From the NCBI RefSeq assembly GCF_009914755.1, contig NC_060925.1: a stretch of 64,000 bases of DNA, one strand, 5' to 3'. Source of the DNA: the human T2T-CHM13v2.0 reference genome, Homo sapiens. The notes beneath the pieces were generated by a model that saw nothing but the letters and a program-made list of their open reading frames with translations, searched no databases and was not told the DNA's origin. A program made the translations under genes and the position numbers. Positions 48,401-62,033 of this stretch are shown one piece after another. Positions within the stretch are counted from its first letter, which is position 1; every line of letters begins with the position of its first letter.

Positions 48401-51400
48401 GTTTTTCTGATGGATTGCAGATGCTTCATTCTTAAGGAAGTATTCATCCTCAGGATCATACAGGTGCAGGGTCAGCATTTGCATGACCTCGAATGTCTCC
48501 CTAAATTTTGCACCTTGTCCCGTCACTCTAGTCCTGGCCCCAGTTATTGGGATAAACTGGAGTTGATCTCAGAGCCACAACTAATACTAATCATCTTCCT
48601 GTTACACTATCATTCTAGATTCCCTCATCCTCATCTAGTTCCTCTGCTGTTCCCAGTGGCTTACCTTGATGGGTGTGAAATGGATTTTCATTTTATATGG
48701 TGGTGTGACCTTACCTGATGGTGTGAAATGGAACTCATGAGTGGTCTGAGTTCCTGGTCAAATGCCTTTATTAGGCTGAGTTTTCTGCACTCATCCACTT
48801 GCTATTAAAAATAAGCAACAGAGAACCAAAAGGTACCCAAGTAGATCAGCTGGATGTCAAATAGATTCCTTAGGTAATAGCAATCACATTTCCTCTTGGA
48901 TCAGGATCAGTTTCCCCTGCCTAGATTATGCTTTTTCATGCCTATTGGTAGTTGGACACAAATAACTCTAAATTCCCAGGTAGTGACTATAATTTTCACT
49001 TCAATGGGATGCTTGCTTTATAATGTGTTTTCCATTTGGGGACAAAAATCTTTAAATCTGTGGATGCCAGAAACACAAATTCCTCAAGTAGATCAATTAA
49101 AAATGTTGGTAACTGGAGCACTTCTGCTTTCACCCGATTTACAGACTCAGGTAGTCTCACTAATAGGAACAGAACACCATATGAAAGTCTAATTACTGCA
49201 AAATTGGTCTGCCGCTCTTATATGATGTTATATAGTGTCATACGCTAAGCCCTCGGACAGTGGTATTGCCTGAGGAAGAAAAGGAAAGCCTATTGTAAGA
49301 ACATATGTCTATTCTTTTCTGGATAAATGATGCCCCTTTCCAGGATAAAATGGGACCAATATATTTAGCTTGCCACCAAGTATCCACTTGTCTCCTTAAG
49401 AGTTGGTGCCATGTTATAAGCTAAGCATTGGTCTTCTTTGTGGACAGTTTGGGTATTCAGTGGTGGCAGTAGCTAGATCAGCCTTGAAAAGTAGGAGCCC
49501 ATACATAATATTTTGGGTGCTTTGTAGGTTTCATCTGTACCATCATGAGCAAAACTTCATTGTGTGACATTAGATCAGCACTGGGATGACCAACGGAAGA
49601 GGCTAATTGAAATCAATTGGCCAAGTTACTTTGTCTACTTGGTAATTTAGAGTTTCATTCAAGATGGGTATTCTCTGATGAGTATTAACATGTGGTACAA
49701 AAATTTTCACATTTTCTCTCCACTTCCGTATATTTACTAACATGCCTCAAACCCCATAGTTTCTTGCTCTCAATCTCCAAATCTTTTTTTCTTCAGACTC
49801 CTAATAAGTCATCCGGGTTATTCTCCACTGCCCATGAGTCTATGTAAATTATAACCTTGGGCCATTTTTTTTCCTCAACGCAAAGTGTATGACTCTGCTT
49901 AGCCTGAAGCTCTGCCTATTGGAAGATTGTTTGCCACAATCTTTCAAGTCCACCCCTGAGTGCCCATGTAGTGCACCTATCATCCATTTTCAGCACACAC
50001 CCACATAAAGAGCTAACTCATCCTTAAACAAAGCTCTGTTAATTTTCTCCTTTCATTAGCCAGTTGTAAGGCAATCCCACAGGTCATTGGTATGAACTGA
50101 GAGGGGAGCGCTGCTACACAGTGATGGATGACATGGGATCTGGGCCACCTGTTTGTCCTGCTTGCCTATGCCCTCTTGTCCTTTTTGTACTTGATCCCAG
50201 ACGTACAAGGCACAACTACGTTTTACAATGAATTGTTTCTTGGCCTGCTCAACCATGCAATTTGGTAGGCCTGACCAAATCTAGATCCTGATGAGACGTT
50301 CCAGATGCATAACCACTTGATGCTCCATGATCTCTGTCTTTACTCTGTCTCTCCTAGGGCCTAGTAGCATTCCAAGTGCTGTTTTTCAAAGGGTATAATT
50401 CTTCACTGTAGATAGCATGACCCTGCTCCAGAACTCCAAGACACCATGTGATTTCCTATTGGAGTTTGCCATAAACTCCACATGGCATCTTTTCCCACCA
50501 ATTATATCTCTAACACTATAAGGTGTGCTATATTATATGACCCCAGTGGCAGACTGCTTGTTCCATAGCGTAGACATGCTGAAGAACCTTTTTCTATTCT
50601 AGCCCCATTCAAAGCTAGCAGCCTTTTGTATCGTGTAATATATGAGAAGTGTGAATTATACTGATTCCAAGGTCTGAAAGGCTTATTGTTTTCTTCGTGA
50701 CAGGAGGAACGAGATGCATAATTTGCATTTATTTGAAGAGGATGTTGTAAAATGCCCCTGATCACTGGACTTCAGATTTTACTGATGTTGTGGGCCCCTG
50801 AATCTTCATAGTTTATCTTCTACCTTCTTCAGAGTCTGTATGCTAAGACTTCAAACATGCTAGTCACTTCTCATTTGCCCAACATGATTAGCATAACGTC
50901 TTTGATTTAGTGTATCAATGTGATATTCTTTGGGATATCCACATGACCTGAATCTCTTTAGACTGTATTATGACAGAAGATAGTAGGATTAGCACTGAGT
51001 GGGTTTGGGGATGTGGAGGGTGTAAATGTATATACTGTTGTCTGGTCCATGGAAATGCAAACTGTTTCTGATCCTCTTTTCTAACCAGAATAAGGAACCA
51101 CACATTTGCCAAGTCAATGGGTACATTCCATGTACCTGAGGCCATGTTAACTTTTTTGACAAGAGATTCCTCGTCTGGCATGGCAGATGCAATACAGATT
51201 ACAACTTGTTTAAGTTTGTGATGGGATCAGTCTGGTTTTTCTACAGGGACCAGACTGGTGATTTAAATGAAGATAGGAGGGGGACTACCACTCCTGATTT
51301 CTTTAGATCCTTAATGGTAGCACTAACTTCTCTTCTCCCATGGAATGCAGTATTGTTTTTTATTTAATATCTTGTCTAGGGGTAGGGAAGTTCAGGCACT

Positions 51401-52563
51401 TGCATTTGACCATTGCCTACTATGATAGATAGCTTTTACCTCACAGGCCAAGGACCAAAATATGGAGGTTCCACAATTATCAGATATTTCTAGCTTATTT
51501 ATACTTTTGGGTACTGGGGAAATTACCGCAGGTAATCGCAAACCAAATGAACCCATGAGCTGCATTTTTTCACAGTTTACGTTTAACCTAAGCCCTATAT
51601 AATATTATCTTAACAAACCAGAAAAACATTTCATGTCTCCAAGTATCAATATTAACTCTAAGACTGTGTCCAACAGTCTTGAAATATTTAGGTATTCTGT
51701 TTTACAATGTCCCTGAGTAAATTGCTATAAATCCCTTTGTGTGAGGACTGGAGAGATCATGACTGTGGATTTTTGCCATGGTGTTAACAGTCTTTCCTCC
51801 CACAGGCCCAGTCTCCTCTTCAATCAATGGCTTCAGAATCTGAAAACTGTCTCAGGACAAGAAAGTTGGCAAAGAAACATAATTTTTATTAGGGTGACTG
51901 CCTGAGCCTCCTGATGATCCATTTTGATTTCTTCTCATGATACAGGTTGAACCCTTGTTAGATGCACATTTATTTAGCCCTGAGGGATGCCACAGTCTGT
52001 TAACAATTCATAACTCTCTGCAGATCATATCTTCCTGGCTACCATTCCAACCTTGCTGCTTTTTATAAAAATCACATCCACCTGACCGTTAAGTGCTGTC
52101 ACCTAGGTTCAATTGTTTTGGTGATCCAATCATCCCATTGCTATCAATCAGTGAGCTTTGTTCTGTAATGGTTTCTCCTACCATTATCAGTGGTCTATAA
52201 ACAAGAGCCATTGCTAAACTTCTTGATGTTAGTGATCCTCTCATCAGAGCTTTCCTAATGGCCTTGGTAAATTGTATACCTGCTGGGTCTTCCCATAGAA
52301 CACAATATCAGGTGGGGTTTTGGGCTTTAGATATTATATCCCCTTTGGCATACCTACTTTCTTAACTTTTTTTATTAATTTCCTCCATCTTCTTCCATAA
52401 AAACTATGACATTTTATCCTTACTAGGTGTGGGCTATTGCATTTTTATGTTCCCAGAGCTATCTTTGTAACCAGTTTGCCATATCTCTAGGGTCCTTGCC
52501 ACAGTATTAAATCCTGTAACTCAAAAGAATACTCCTAATTCAATAAAATTTCTCTTAACCAAC

Positions 52564-52931
52564 TCATATGGTTTGGCCATGTCCCCATCCAAACCTCATC
52601 TTGAATTGTAACTCTCACAGTTCCCATGTGTCATGGGAGGAACCCAGTGGGAGGTGATTGAATTATGGGAGCAGGTCTTTCCTGCACTGTTCTCCTAATA
52701 GTGAATGAGTCTCTCGAGATCTAATGGTTTTAAAAAGAGGAGTTCCCCTACACACACTCTCTTTGCCTGCTGCCATCCACGTAAGATGTGACTTGCTCCT
52801 TGTTGCCTTCTGCCATGATTGTGAGGCTTCCCCAGCCATGTGGAACTGTAAGTCTAATTAAACCTCTTTCTTTTGTAAATTCCCCAATCTTGGGTATATC
52901 TTTATCAGCAGCATGAAAATGGACTAATACA
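52564..52931 (+). mobile_element. THE1B-like solo LTR
   Basis: Matches the THE1 consensus end to end; 5-bp TSD CCAAC at 52559-52563 and 52932-52936. Confidence 0.93.
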
Positions 52932-53564
52932 CCAACCATATTTTTAGTGCCCTTGATCAAGTGACCTCAGAATCCAGTCCTACACCTACTCCCCCATCTC
53001 CTGTCAGTATATGCTGTCTAAACCCCACAGCTCCACTCAGACAAAGTCTTTTTCCTTTCTTTCCAGGCCCAGCACACGTCTGGCTGCTAGACGTAAGTAA
53101 GTCTAATGACCAGGAGAGAAGATAGGGCAGATATTGAGAGGAACACATGTTGTTTCTCAGAGGAGAGATCTCTGCATTTTTTTCAAATAATAAAGGGGGT
53201 ATGCTAGCTCTTAATAGGGATAGGGGGCACTTCTATAGGCTCAAAAGGTTCAGAGGCACCTGGAAAGTCAAGATTGTTGGAGGCATCAGCCTAGATGCTC
53301 CTCTCCTATGTGTCAGTGTTCTCTTCTTTTCTAACCAGAGTCCTCACCTTAGCATAGCAGACCTGCCTTGGTTGAGAATTTACCTGTTTTTGGAGCTCAG
53401 TTACTTCACTGAATAAGTCCTGGTTTAGCTCTGTAGCTTTCTCAAACCTCCCACTGCATGAGATGAGAGCCCCTTTGTGCTTTGCCAAAACAGTCTTCTG
53501 GGTTTCACACTTGGTTTTGCAATTGCTTGATAATCTTTCTCTTTCCCTGTTCTTTCTTGTTGTT

Positions 53565-53793
53565 CAGAAGTCAGCAAACTTTTTCCTTATAGGCTCATAA
53601 AGACCATAGTAATCATTTTAGGCTTTGAGGCCATAAACTCTCTATCACAACTATTCACCTTGCCTTTGTAGTGCAAAATAGCTATGAATAATATGTAAAT
53701 GAATGGAAATGGCTTTGTTCCAATCAAACTTTATTTATAAAAACAAGCAGTGGGCAGAATTTGGTTCATAGGCCAAGGTTTCCTGACATTCAG
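53565..53793. mobile_element. MER58A (hAT-Charlie MITE)
   Basis: 'cagaagtcagcaaactttttc...tattttaggcttt...tgttccaatcaaactttatttataaaaacaagcagtgggcagaatttgg'. Confidence 0.85.
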
Positions 53794-54090
53794 TCTAGTG
53801 CATCGATTGAGCTTAGCAATTGCTGCTCAATTCCATTGTTCTTCTAGTTACAATTTCTCCCATATTTCTCAAACAAACACTTGGTGCACAACATTATCAG
53901 CTAGTACATTCCCTTCCACTGTATACCATTCAACCCTGGTGAAAGTTTTAATAACTGAACTTCTGCCTTGTGCCAGGGACTGTCTGTGCTCTGCTGGTGA
54001 TGGGATCCTCATTGCCAGATGGGTAGTAAGTCACCTAGCTCCAAAATTCCATCTTAACACCTGCTTTCTTGGACTACTCATTGTACCAAC

Positions 54091-54462
54091 TGTTGAGTTC
54101 TCCAGGAAGCAGACTGAGATGGAGGTTAGTGTGGAGGATGCTCATCAGGGAAGTCACTGTGGGTAGTGAGAGGAATTGAGTTGCAATACAAACCCAAACA
54201 ATAGTGTCAGCCAATCCCACAGGAAGCTCTGGGGCTCTAATGCCCCAACAAACTGGTCCTGCATTGGGTTGAAATGACTGGGTTTTTTCTTCCCATCTCT
54301 GCCAGTCAGTAGATTCGGGTCACCTCAGGCAGGTACTTTCATAGCTGATGCAATCCCTAAGTGGCCTGAGGGCTGAAGGCTGTCTGCAGCTAGCCCTCCA
54401 TATAGCTGCAGCAACTAGTTCTTTGAAGGGGTACTAGGTAGTGCAGCTCTAAGGCCATCCCA
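54091..54462 (-). mobile_element. ERVL 5' LTR (LTR16C-like)
   Basis: 'gagttctccaggaagcagactgagatggag', 'cagccaatcccacaggaagctctggggct', 'gctgaaggctgtctgc'; same family and orientation as 43868-44379. Confidence 0.7.
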
Positions 54463-55339
54463 GCTCTCTAAGCTTAGCCTTCTTACCCCATCCTGCTTCA
54501 CCCATCTGTGTTGATTCTGTACCACCCACACTGGCTTGGCTTCTGCCTCTTTACCAATTCTAGCCGCAGTACATTTCACTACACCTTTCACAAGGCCCAC
54601 CACCCTATGCTCCTTTCTTCCTTTGCTGATTGGTGCTCAGGTATTTTGTTGGGCTCTCACCACTGACTTTCTGCTTCTCTCAGAATCAAAGCCTTCCTGA
54701 ATGCTGGGTTGCAATGCTGCCATGACCACACTCTCACCAGTGTTGTCTCTGCTGCCCTGCTGCTCCTTTTGTGTTTCTTAGCATGGTGGGTGAGTAAACC
54801 TATGGAAGGCTTTTAACAATATTTATGTCTGCCTTCAAAAAGCAAATAATTACAGCCTTATTGGGGATGGGAATGAAAACCAACAGATAAATAAATTCAA
54901 CGCTTCGTATGAATGTTCAGACAGTTGACAAAATGGTCTCCTGTTGGGTGGGACCAACAGAGCCATCCAGAAATAAGTAGGCTGCACTCAGTCCAGGCTA
55001 ATTTGTCCGGTGGCCTGGGGCAAGTCTTCCTGCTCCATTCTTCCCCTTCTGTCAATCCATCTGTATCTTGAGGAACAAAGCTTTTCACCTCCATTTCTGT
55101 CCCCCAGTGGATGGGGGGATTGATGACCATTAAAAATGTGAGTTCTTTTGAAAAAGGTGGTGAATAAGTAATATTATTTTGAAGAAATGGAAAATATTGT
55201 GGAGGAAGAAGGAAGAGATATTCAGAACAAAACTATAGAAGATGGGTTAGGTTTTACAGATGGAGAAAGGAAAACAAAGTAAAGTGAAAAAGGAAGTAGA
55301 GGTAGGAGAGTGTATGAAACCTAATGTCCATTTGAGAAG

Positions 55340-55450
55340 GACATTTAGAAAAGGAGGAAGAAGAGGAAGAGAGGGAAGCAGATAAGAAAGAGGAGGAAGA
55401 CAGGGAGGAAAAAGAGGAAGATGAGAGAGAAGAAGAGGAAGAGAAAAACG
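55340..55450. repeat. GA-rich low-complexity purine tract
   Basis: Nearly pure purine run of (GAGGAA)-like units. Confidence 0.85.
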
Positions 55451-55566
55451 AATCAGGGAAAACCGGTATGAGCTCCAAACTTCCCACAGAGTAGCATATT
55501 TCTTTAGCAAACCATATTACATCCAGACTGAGCCCCAAACTCATTGTGGAAATGAAACTGGAAATT

Positions 55567-55940
55567 GGATTAGTCTGTTTTCACGCTGCTAATAAAGACA
55601 TACCCAAGAGTGGGCAATTTACAAAACAAAGAAGTTTAATTGAGCTTACAGTTCCATGTGGCTGGGGAAGCCTCACAATCATGGCTAAGGCAAGGAGGAG
55701 CAAGTCCTGTCTTACATGGATGGCAGTAGGCAAAGAGAGAATGAGGAGGACACAAAAGCGGAATCCCCTGATCCAACCATCAGATCTCGTGAGACTTATT
55801 CACTACCATGAGAACGGTATGGAGGAAAATGCCCCATGATTCAATTATCTCCCACTAGGTCTCTCCCACAACATGTGGGAATTATGGGACTACAATTCAA
55901 GATGAGAGCCAAACATATATCACAGAGCCAAACTATATCA
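55567..55940 (-). mobile_element. THE1A-like solo LTR with rearranged 5' terminus
   Basis: 'gagaatgaggaggacacaaaagcggaatcccctgat' is THE1A-like; terminal 'agagccaaac..tatatca' duplicated. Confidence 0.9.
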
Positions 55941-57109
55941 GCAACCTAGTAAGTGGACAGGGAGACGAGGACACCAAGATCTTAGACAGAATTTCTTCAA
56001 CTACAACTACAACCTTTCCTTGCCCCTTGTTTATTTGTTCAGTATAACTGGTTGGCTGAGATGTAATTCTCCCTAGAGTCCAAAAGGATAACCTGAAATA
56101 GCCTCCTAAAAAAATCAGAAAAAAAGTCCAGCTTCTAACAAAGAATAGAACCCCACCACTCCCAAGCCAGGAGATTACACAGGCAGATCCAGGTCAGGCT
56201 CTCTGGTCTCCCCTCCCACTCACTCCACCATCAGAACTTATGTTGGGAAACTCAACCATTATCAGAAGTCTTTTTTAAGGTCAGGAGAGAGTTGCACATT
56301 ACCTTTGTCTGCAGATTTAATACTCTAGGAATGCCATAAGAAATTTAAGATAACTGGAATTATTTTTTAAATATAGCTTTATTGTGCTCCACTCCCCTGC
56401 CAGCAGTAAAGTGGACTCCTTAAGTAGTCCTTGTAAAAACAGATTATAAAAGCAAAGATCCAAGAGAAGCAAACATTTAAGCACCCACCTGCAGTACATA
56501 CCAGTCGCCAAGGACCTCTGAATGCACACTCTAGAAACAAGCACAGATTTTTATATTCTCTTTGCCTCAATTACACAGGTATCATACTCCCAGTCAATCA
56601 CCTTCACCTTTGGCAGTAATTATTCCCCATCTCAGCATTTACCCTCTTCTTCCCTTTCTTCTTGTATAATAGTTTTAGCCCTCCAGGGTGTAATCATTTA
56701 TTTGATCCAGAGGACAGAATCAAATTTGGTTTTATATAGAATCTCTCATATCTTGCTTAGGGGCTTGAAAAGGCAATGCCGACACACAATGGTAAATAGG
56801 AAACAGGTCCTAACACCCCACTTCTCTGTGTTTACTTAGGCAGAGAAGCCTACCCTCGTCTATTGTTACCCAGATGTTGGGATCTGAGCATGCCACTATA
56901 AGATACATATCAACCCCTGAATGATCCTCAAATCAAGGAAGTGGACTTTTCTTTCCTGACATTGACTAGAAAGCAGCCAGTTTTGTTGGCTGTGGTCTCA
57001 CTTCATTTACAAGGTCTCTAAAATTCGTGAGTATGTATGAGGAACTGGGGTGGGTGGAAAGGAGGGTCTTAAAAGCTCTCTGACAAGGAAAGAAATGATG
57101 AGAATGAGA

Positions 57110-57530
57110 TAGTTCTATTTATTAAATGCATGATATGTGCCAGGCATTTTTCCATGAATTATCTCTGGCCAAGGTATGAGATTCAAGCCAAATCTTAGTT
57201 CCATCTCTTACTAGTTGTGTGATCTTTGACAAATTAGCTAGCCTCTTCACACCTCAGTTTTCTCATCTGTTAGGCAGGAGTAATAAAACCTACTTCACAG
57301 AATAATTGAGGAGGATTAAATAGGTAGCACTTTGACTAGTAAATGGGAAATGTTTACTATATGGCAACTATTATTATTATCACCCTCAAACCAACTCTGC
57401 TATCTATGCATTTTTAAAATGAGGAAATCGAGGCTCTAGAAAGTTTAAATAGCCTGTTCAAGGACATACAGCAATAAAGAGCAGACCTGGGATTTAAGCC
57501 CAACTCTGCATGATTCTTTTCACTGTGGAA
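57110..57530. mobile_element. MIR (+, 57170-57380) nested within an antisense MIR
   Basis: Plus-strand core 'ctagttgtgtgatctttgacaaattagctagcctcttcacacctcagttttctcatctgt'; minus-strand pieces on both sides. Confidence 0.75.
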
Positions 57531-57869
57531 TGACACTTCAGAGCACCCAAGATAGTATCCATGGCAACTGCAGAGTGACTTTGGGGATAGTTTTTTCCAA
57601 AAAACAACAATATGCCAGTTCAACTGCCAGTGTGAGCACCTCTATCCCTTATTCCTGCCTATTCAGGACTTGGCTTAGCTCACCGCACAACCTCCAGAGG
57701 CTTTACTGTGGTCCAGTAAGAAAAAAAAAAAACAGTAAAAAATGAATAATAGGTACATTTCCATCGTAAAATAGATGAACGTTAGACATTAAACATTAGA
57801 GGGAGACCCATGAAATGTATGCCCAATTATCACCCAACACCTGACCACTTTGCCCTTCTAAGCCTCCTT

Positions 57870-57990
57870 TTTATTAATCCATTCAACTAATGTTTATTGA
57901 GCCCTTGTCACAAGTCAAGCACTATTCTAATGCTGAAAAAATAGCAATAAACAAGAGGGACAAGATTCTGGCCCCAAAACTAACAGGTAT
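57870..57990 (-). mobile_element. L2 3' fragment
   Basis: 'ccattcaactaatgtttattgagcccttgtcacaagtcaagcactattcta'. Confidence 0.65.
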
Positions 57991-58282
57991 TATTATAAAG
58001 ACACTGAAATTGAATATAAAGACAGGAAGGAAACAGAGATTATGTTGCCAATGTTGTACCACCTAAGAATGACTTCAACACAAATAATACATAATTATAA
58101 TAATTGAAGAAATGTGTAATTGAAGTAATTACATGAGTTAAATGAGAAAGAAAGAAGGGTCAGAGATTTTAATAGCAGCATGATGGATGGATTTAGTTAA
58201 TTAGATAAAGCATCTTCTTTACACTAATGCCTCCTAACATGGGCTTGTCAGTCATGGAACTTGCCACATTCACCATCCCTTC

Positions 58283-58661
58283 TGTATTACTCCATTCTCA
58301 CACTGCTAATAAAGACATACCCGAGTTTGAGTAACTTATAAAGGAAAGAGTTTTAATTGACTCACAGTTCCACAGGGCTGGGGAGGCCTCAGGAAACTTA
58401 CAATCATGGCAGAAGGGGAAACAAACATGTCCTTCTTCACATGATAGCAGAAAGGAGAAGTGCAGAGCAAAAGGTGAAAAAGCCCCTTATAAAGCCATCA
58501 GCTCTCGTGAGAACTCATTCATTATCATGAGAACAGCAGCATGGGGGTAGCCGCCCCCATGATTCAATTACCTCCCGCTGGGTCCCTCCCATGACATGTG
58601 GGGATTATGGGAATTGCAATTCAAGATGAGATTTGGGTGGGGACACAGCCAAACCAAATAA
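58283..58661 (-). mobile_element. THE1C-like solo LTR
   Basis: 'tgtattactccattctcacactgctaataaagacatacccgag...gagatttgggtggggacacagccaaacca'. Confidence 0.92.
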
Positions 58662-58944
58662 CCACCTAAGGAAAACTGTCTGCCCACAGCCTTCTCCTGA
58701 GGGAAATAGCCCTTGGCTGTTTCATAAAAAAGGGTTGGCCACTGATTGATTGGACAACAAACAAATCTGATCCAAGTGTGGTCAATGTATATGCGGTAAC
58801 CAATCATCTGATAGACTGCTAAGAAGCTCTATACAGTCAGGTAGTATAATTATCCATGACATCCAGTATGTTTTTCCAGAGTTACAACAGGGCAAAATTG
58901 ATAGAATATATTACTAACAAAAGCTTTAAATATATGAATTCTTT

Positions 58945-59110
58945 AGTTACCACAACAGCTAATGAGGTAGGTAGCATTATTATCTCTATTTTACAGATGA
59001 AGCAATTGAAGCGTATGGAGGTTAAGTAACTTGCACATCTAGTAAGGAATAGTGTTAGTGTTTGCAACCACACAGTTTGACTCCAGAATCTATGCCCTCA
59101 GTCACTATCT
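58945..59110 (-). mobile_element. MIR SINE
   Basis: 'attttacagatgaagcaattgaagcgtatggaggttaagtaacttgc'. Confidence 0.75.
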
Positions 59111-60579
59111 CTCTCTCTCTCACTCGCTTGCATGTGTGTGCATGCACAACTATAAACTGTGAATCACTCCTGATGAGAAGACCTAAGAAAAGAGGTACCT
59201 GGGGATTAGCTGACTATGTGGACTTTTTGTATCTTCTGTGTTCAGCACATGGAAATCTCATGGCTGATTGAAAACCTACCAAAGGACACAATAAATAATT
59301 ATTCTGTAGGAAAACTCAGCCAGCCAAGCCTGCCCCACCTCACATGTCTGTCACTCTTGGACAAGGAACAAGATGTAAGTAAATCCTCTGAGCATCTCTC
59401 TGTCCTTTATCTCACACTCCCACATTGCTCTCTCCACTACCTCTCCTGACCAAGACTCTTACTGCTTCTTTTTTCCCATATTTTTTAGTGACCTTTGAAT
59501 TATCATTCCATGTATGTGAGTACCAGTTAAGTATGTCCCTTCTTTCATATATAAAATGGTCAATTATATGGTAACTGCTTCATTCTCTTTATTTTACTTC
59601 CCGAGCCTCTTCCTGCTAATTTTACATACCATGCCCATATACACAATCTCCTTCAAATCTTTTCAAAAACTCTTTCAGATTCTTTATTTATTCAATAGAG
59701 TTTGTGGTTAATAACTACCATTTGTCTTTTCACAAAAAATAAATCTTTGCAGGTAAAGGAAGACTTGAAATTAAAATTTAATTTGTGCTAAAAGTAGGGG
59801 AGGATTTTGGGGTTGGAAAATACCTTGAAGAAAATCTTCTCTTTGTTTACCAAAATATGGCTTCATTATTAGACCTGGATACAAATTATAAGACTCCAAG
59901 AGAAGATGAAAAGCATTTTTTGCTTACAGGGACCAGAACAAGCTTTATACACCATCTCTGATTATAATAGGAATTTTCTGTATCCTATATATCAATAGTC
60001 TAGTGATATTGAAATCTCCTTAGGCAATAATGTGATGTTATTAGCAAGGAGAATGAAAACACATAAATAATAACTCCAGAGTTTGTTTTTCATTTAAAGA
60101 GCTTAAAAGAAAAAAAAGTGAAATTTTTCTCCTTCAAATTTTCCTTGATTTTTCTGTCTTTGTGAGGATAAGAACACTGACAAGTTTGAAGCTTATAGCT
60201 TTAGACATTTCTGAGTTATACAATCACAAGAAAGAGATTGAAGTATTTTTTTTTTTTTTTTTTGAGAGGGGGACTTGAAGGAAAAAGAAGCCTGTGTGGT
60301 CTGACTTAGAGGCAGAGAAGCAGTGGAATTGTATCAGTTCAAACTTTCAAAAAAGAAAAAAAAAATCTCACTTTAGGGTGAGCCATGAAGCACGGCTATT
60401 TCCAAGCTAAATCTTTTTGTGATGAGAAAGATGAACATCCTTAAATGTCAGAGGAGAAATGGCAGTTGGTTCATAATTATACTGGGTTTCTCTTTTACTT
60501 ACTAGGGTCCAAGCCCACAGTTAACTCTAGCTGACTCTAGCAATCATCACTCCCATAAAATACTGATTTCTAGAGAATA

Positions 60580-60775
60580 AATGTTTACAAAGTATTGAAT
60601 ATATTCCTCAAATCAGCTCCTGGGAATAGATATTATTACGTCCATTTTATGAATAAGCAAGCAGAGGCTCACTGAGATTAAATGACCTGCTTAGGAGAAC
60701 ACAGACGTTAATTGGTACAACCAAGCAGCAGAAATCCAGATTGTCTGACTTCAAACCCTGAACCCATTTCCTTAG
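60580..60775 (-). mobile_element. MIR SINE
   Basis: 'ccattttatgaataagcaagcagaggctcactgagattaaatgacctgc'. Confidence 0.7.
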
Positions 60776-61089
60776 ATCATAAAACCATGGGTGTACTTGT
60801 GAATTAGACTAAGTCACTGGACCACCCAAGCAAGATGCTACTCTGTATCTTTCTACTATCACACCCTCCAATGGAAAACTCCAAGTAGATTTTGGACTCA
60901 CTGGAGAAGAAGAATAAAATGAAACAATTCCTCTCAATGGTAGCTTAACTATCTTTAATTTGTTCTACTACCAGGTCAAACTAAAGGAGTAATAACTTTC
61001 AAATGGAGGACACTGCATCAAATGACTGATTTTCCATGACACTTCTTTTTTTTTTTTAATGTAAACTGGACAAATCCTAGAACAAATGC

Positions 61090-61390
61090 TGCTTTCTATT
61101 ATCAACCAAATGTTATAAAGTTCCAACAATGCAACAGACATTGCCCTAGGTCCTGGGGTTATGAAGAAGAATAAAAGATATTCTCATCGAGGAAGATTAC
61201 TTCCTAGTGTTACAGAACAATGAAAAAAAGAATTATTATACAATACAGGTATAATAAAACAGAACGAACAAAAGTACAGAGGGAAGACCAAATACACTGG
61301 GGAGTCAGAGAAATCTTCATAGAGGTGATATTAGAGCTTACATTTGAAAGAAAATTAGTTGAAAAGAAGAGGAGGTACATTCTTGAAGTT
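61090..61390 (-). mobile_element. L2 fragment
   Basis: 'ggggagtcagagaaatcttcatagaggtgatattagagcttacatttgaaaga'. Confidence 0.6.
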
Positions 61391-61655
61391 AGTTCTTTTA
61401 TATTATTTTGAATTGCATTCAGGGCCAAGCCTGAGAAGTGGGGAGATGCTAACTTCTTAGATTGTGCAGGATGTTCATGAGTTGCCAAAGGTTATCCCTG
61501 GTGCCATGATACTGGGTTGGCTCCAGATTTATTAATAAACCTAGGTTTTGGCCAAGACCTCAGGTTTTAAACACCCAGACTTTGTCTTCTCATCCACAAA
61601 AGGATGGTGGATTTTATTAATGAGCATTTTTTAAAGAATAGGAATATTTATTTTA

Positions 61656-62033
<378 letters not shown>

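Larger units (their letters stand above)
48545..54090 (-). mobile_element. ERVL internal region (ERV3-16A3-like; gag-pol remnants)
   Basis: ORF 50915..51181 (GTWNVPIDLANVWFLILVRKEDQKQFAFPWTRQQY) matches the ERVL RT motif IDLANAFFSIPV..HQKQFAFSWQGQQY; PBS-side 'tggtacaatgagtagtccaagaaagcag' on the minus strand next to the LTR. Confidence 0.8.

Noticed and set aside
55247-55544. Ser-rich and Leu/Pro-rich ORFs
   Set aside because: Artefacts of the GA-rich low-complexity tract.
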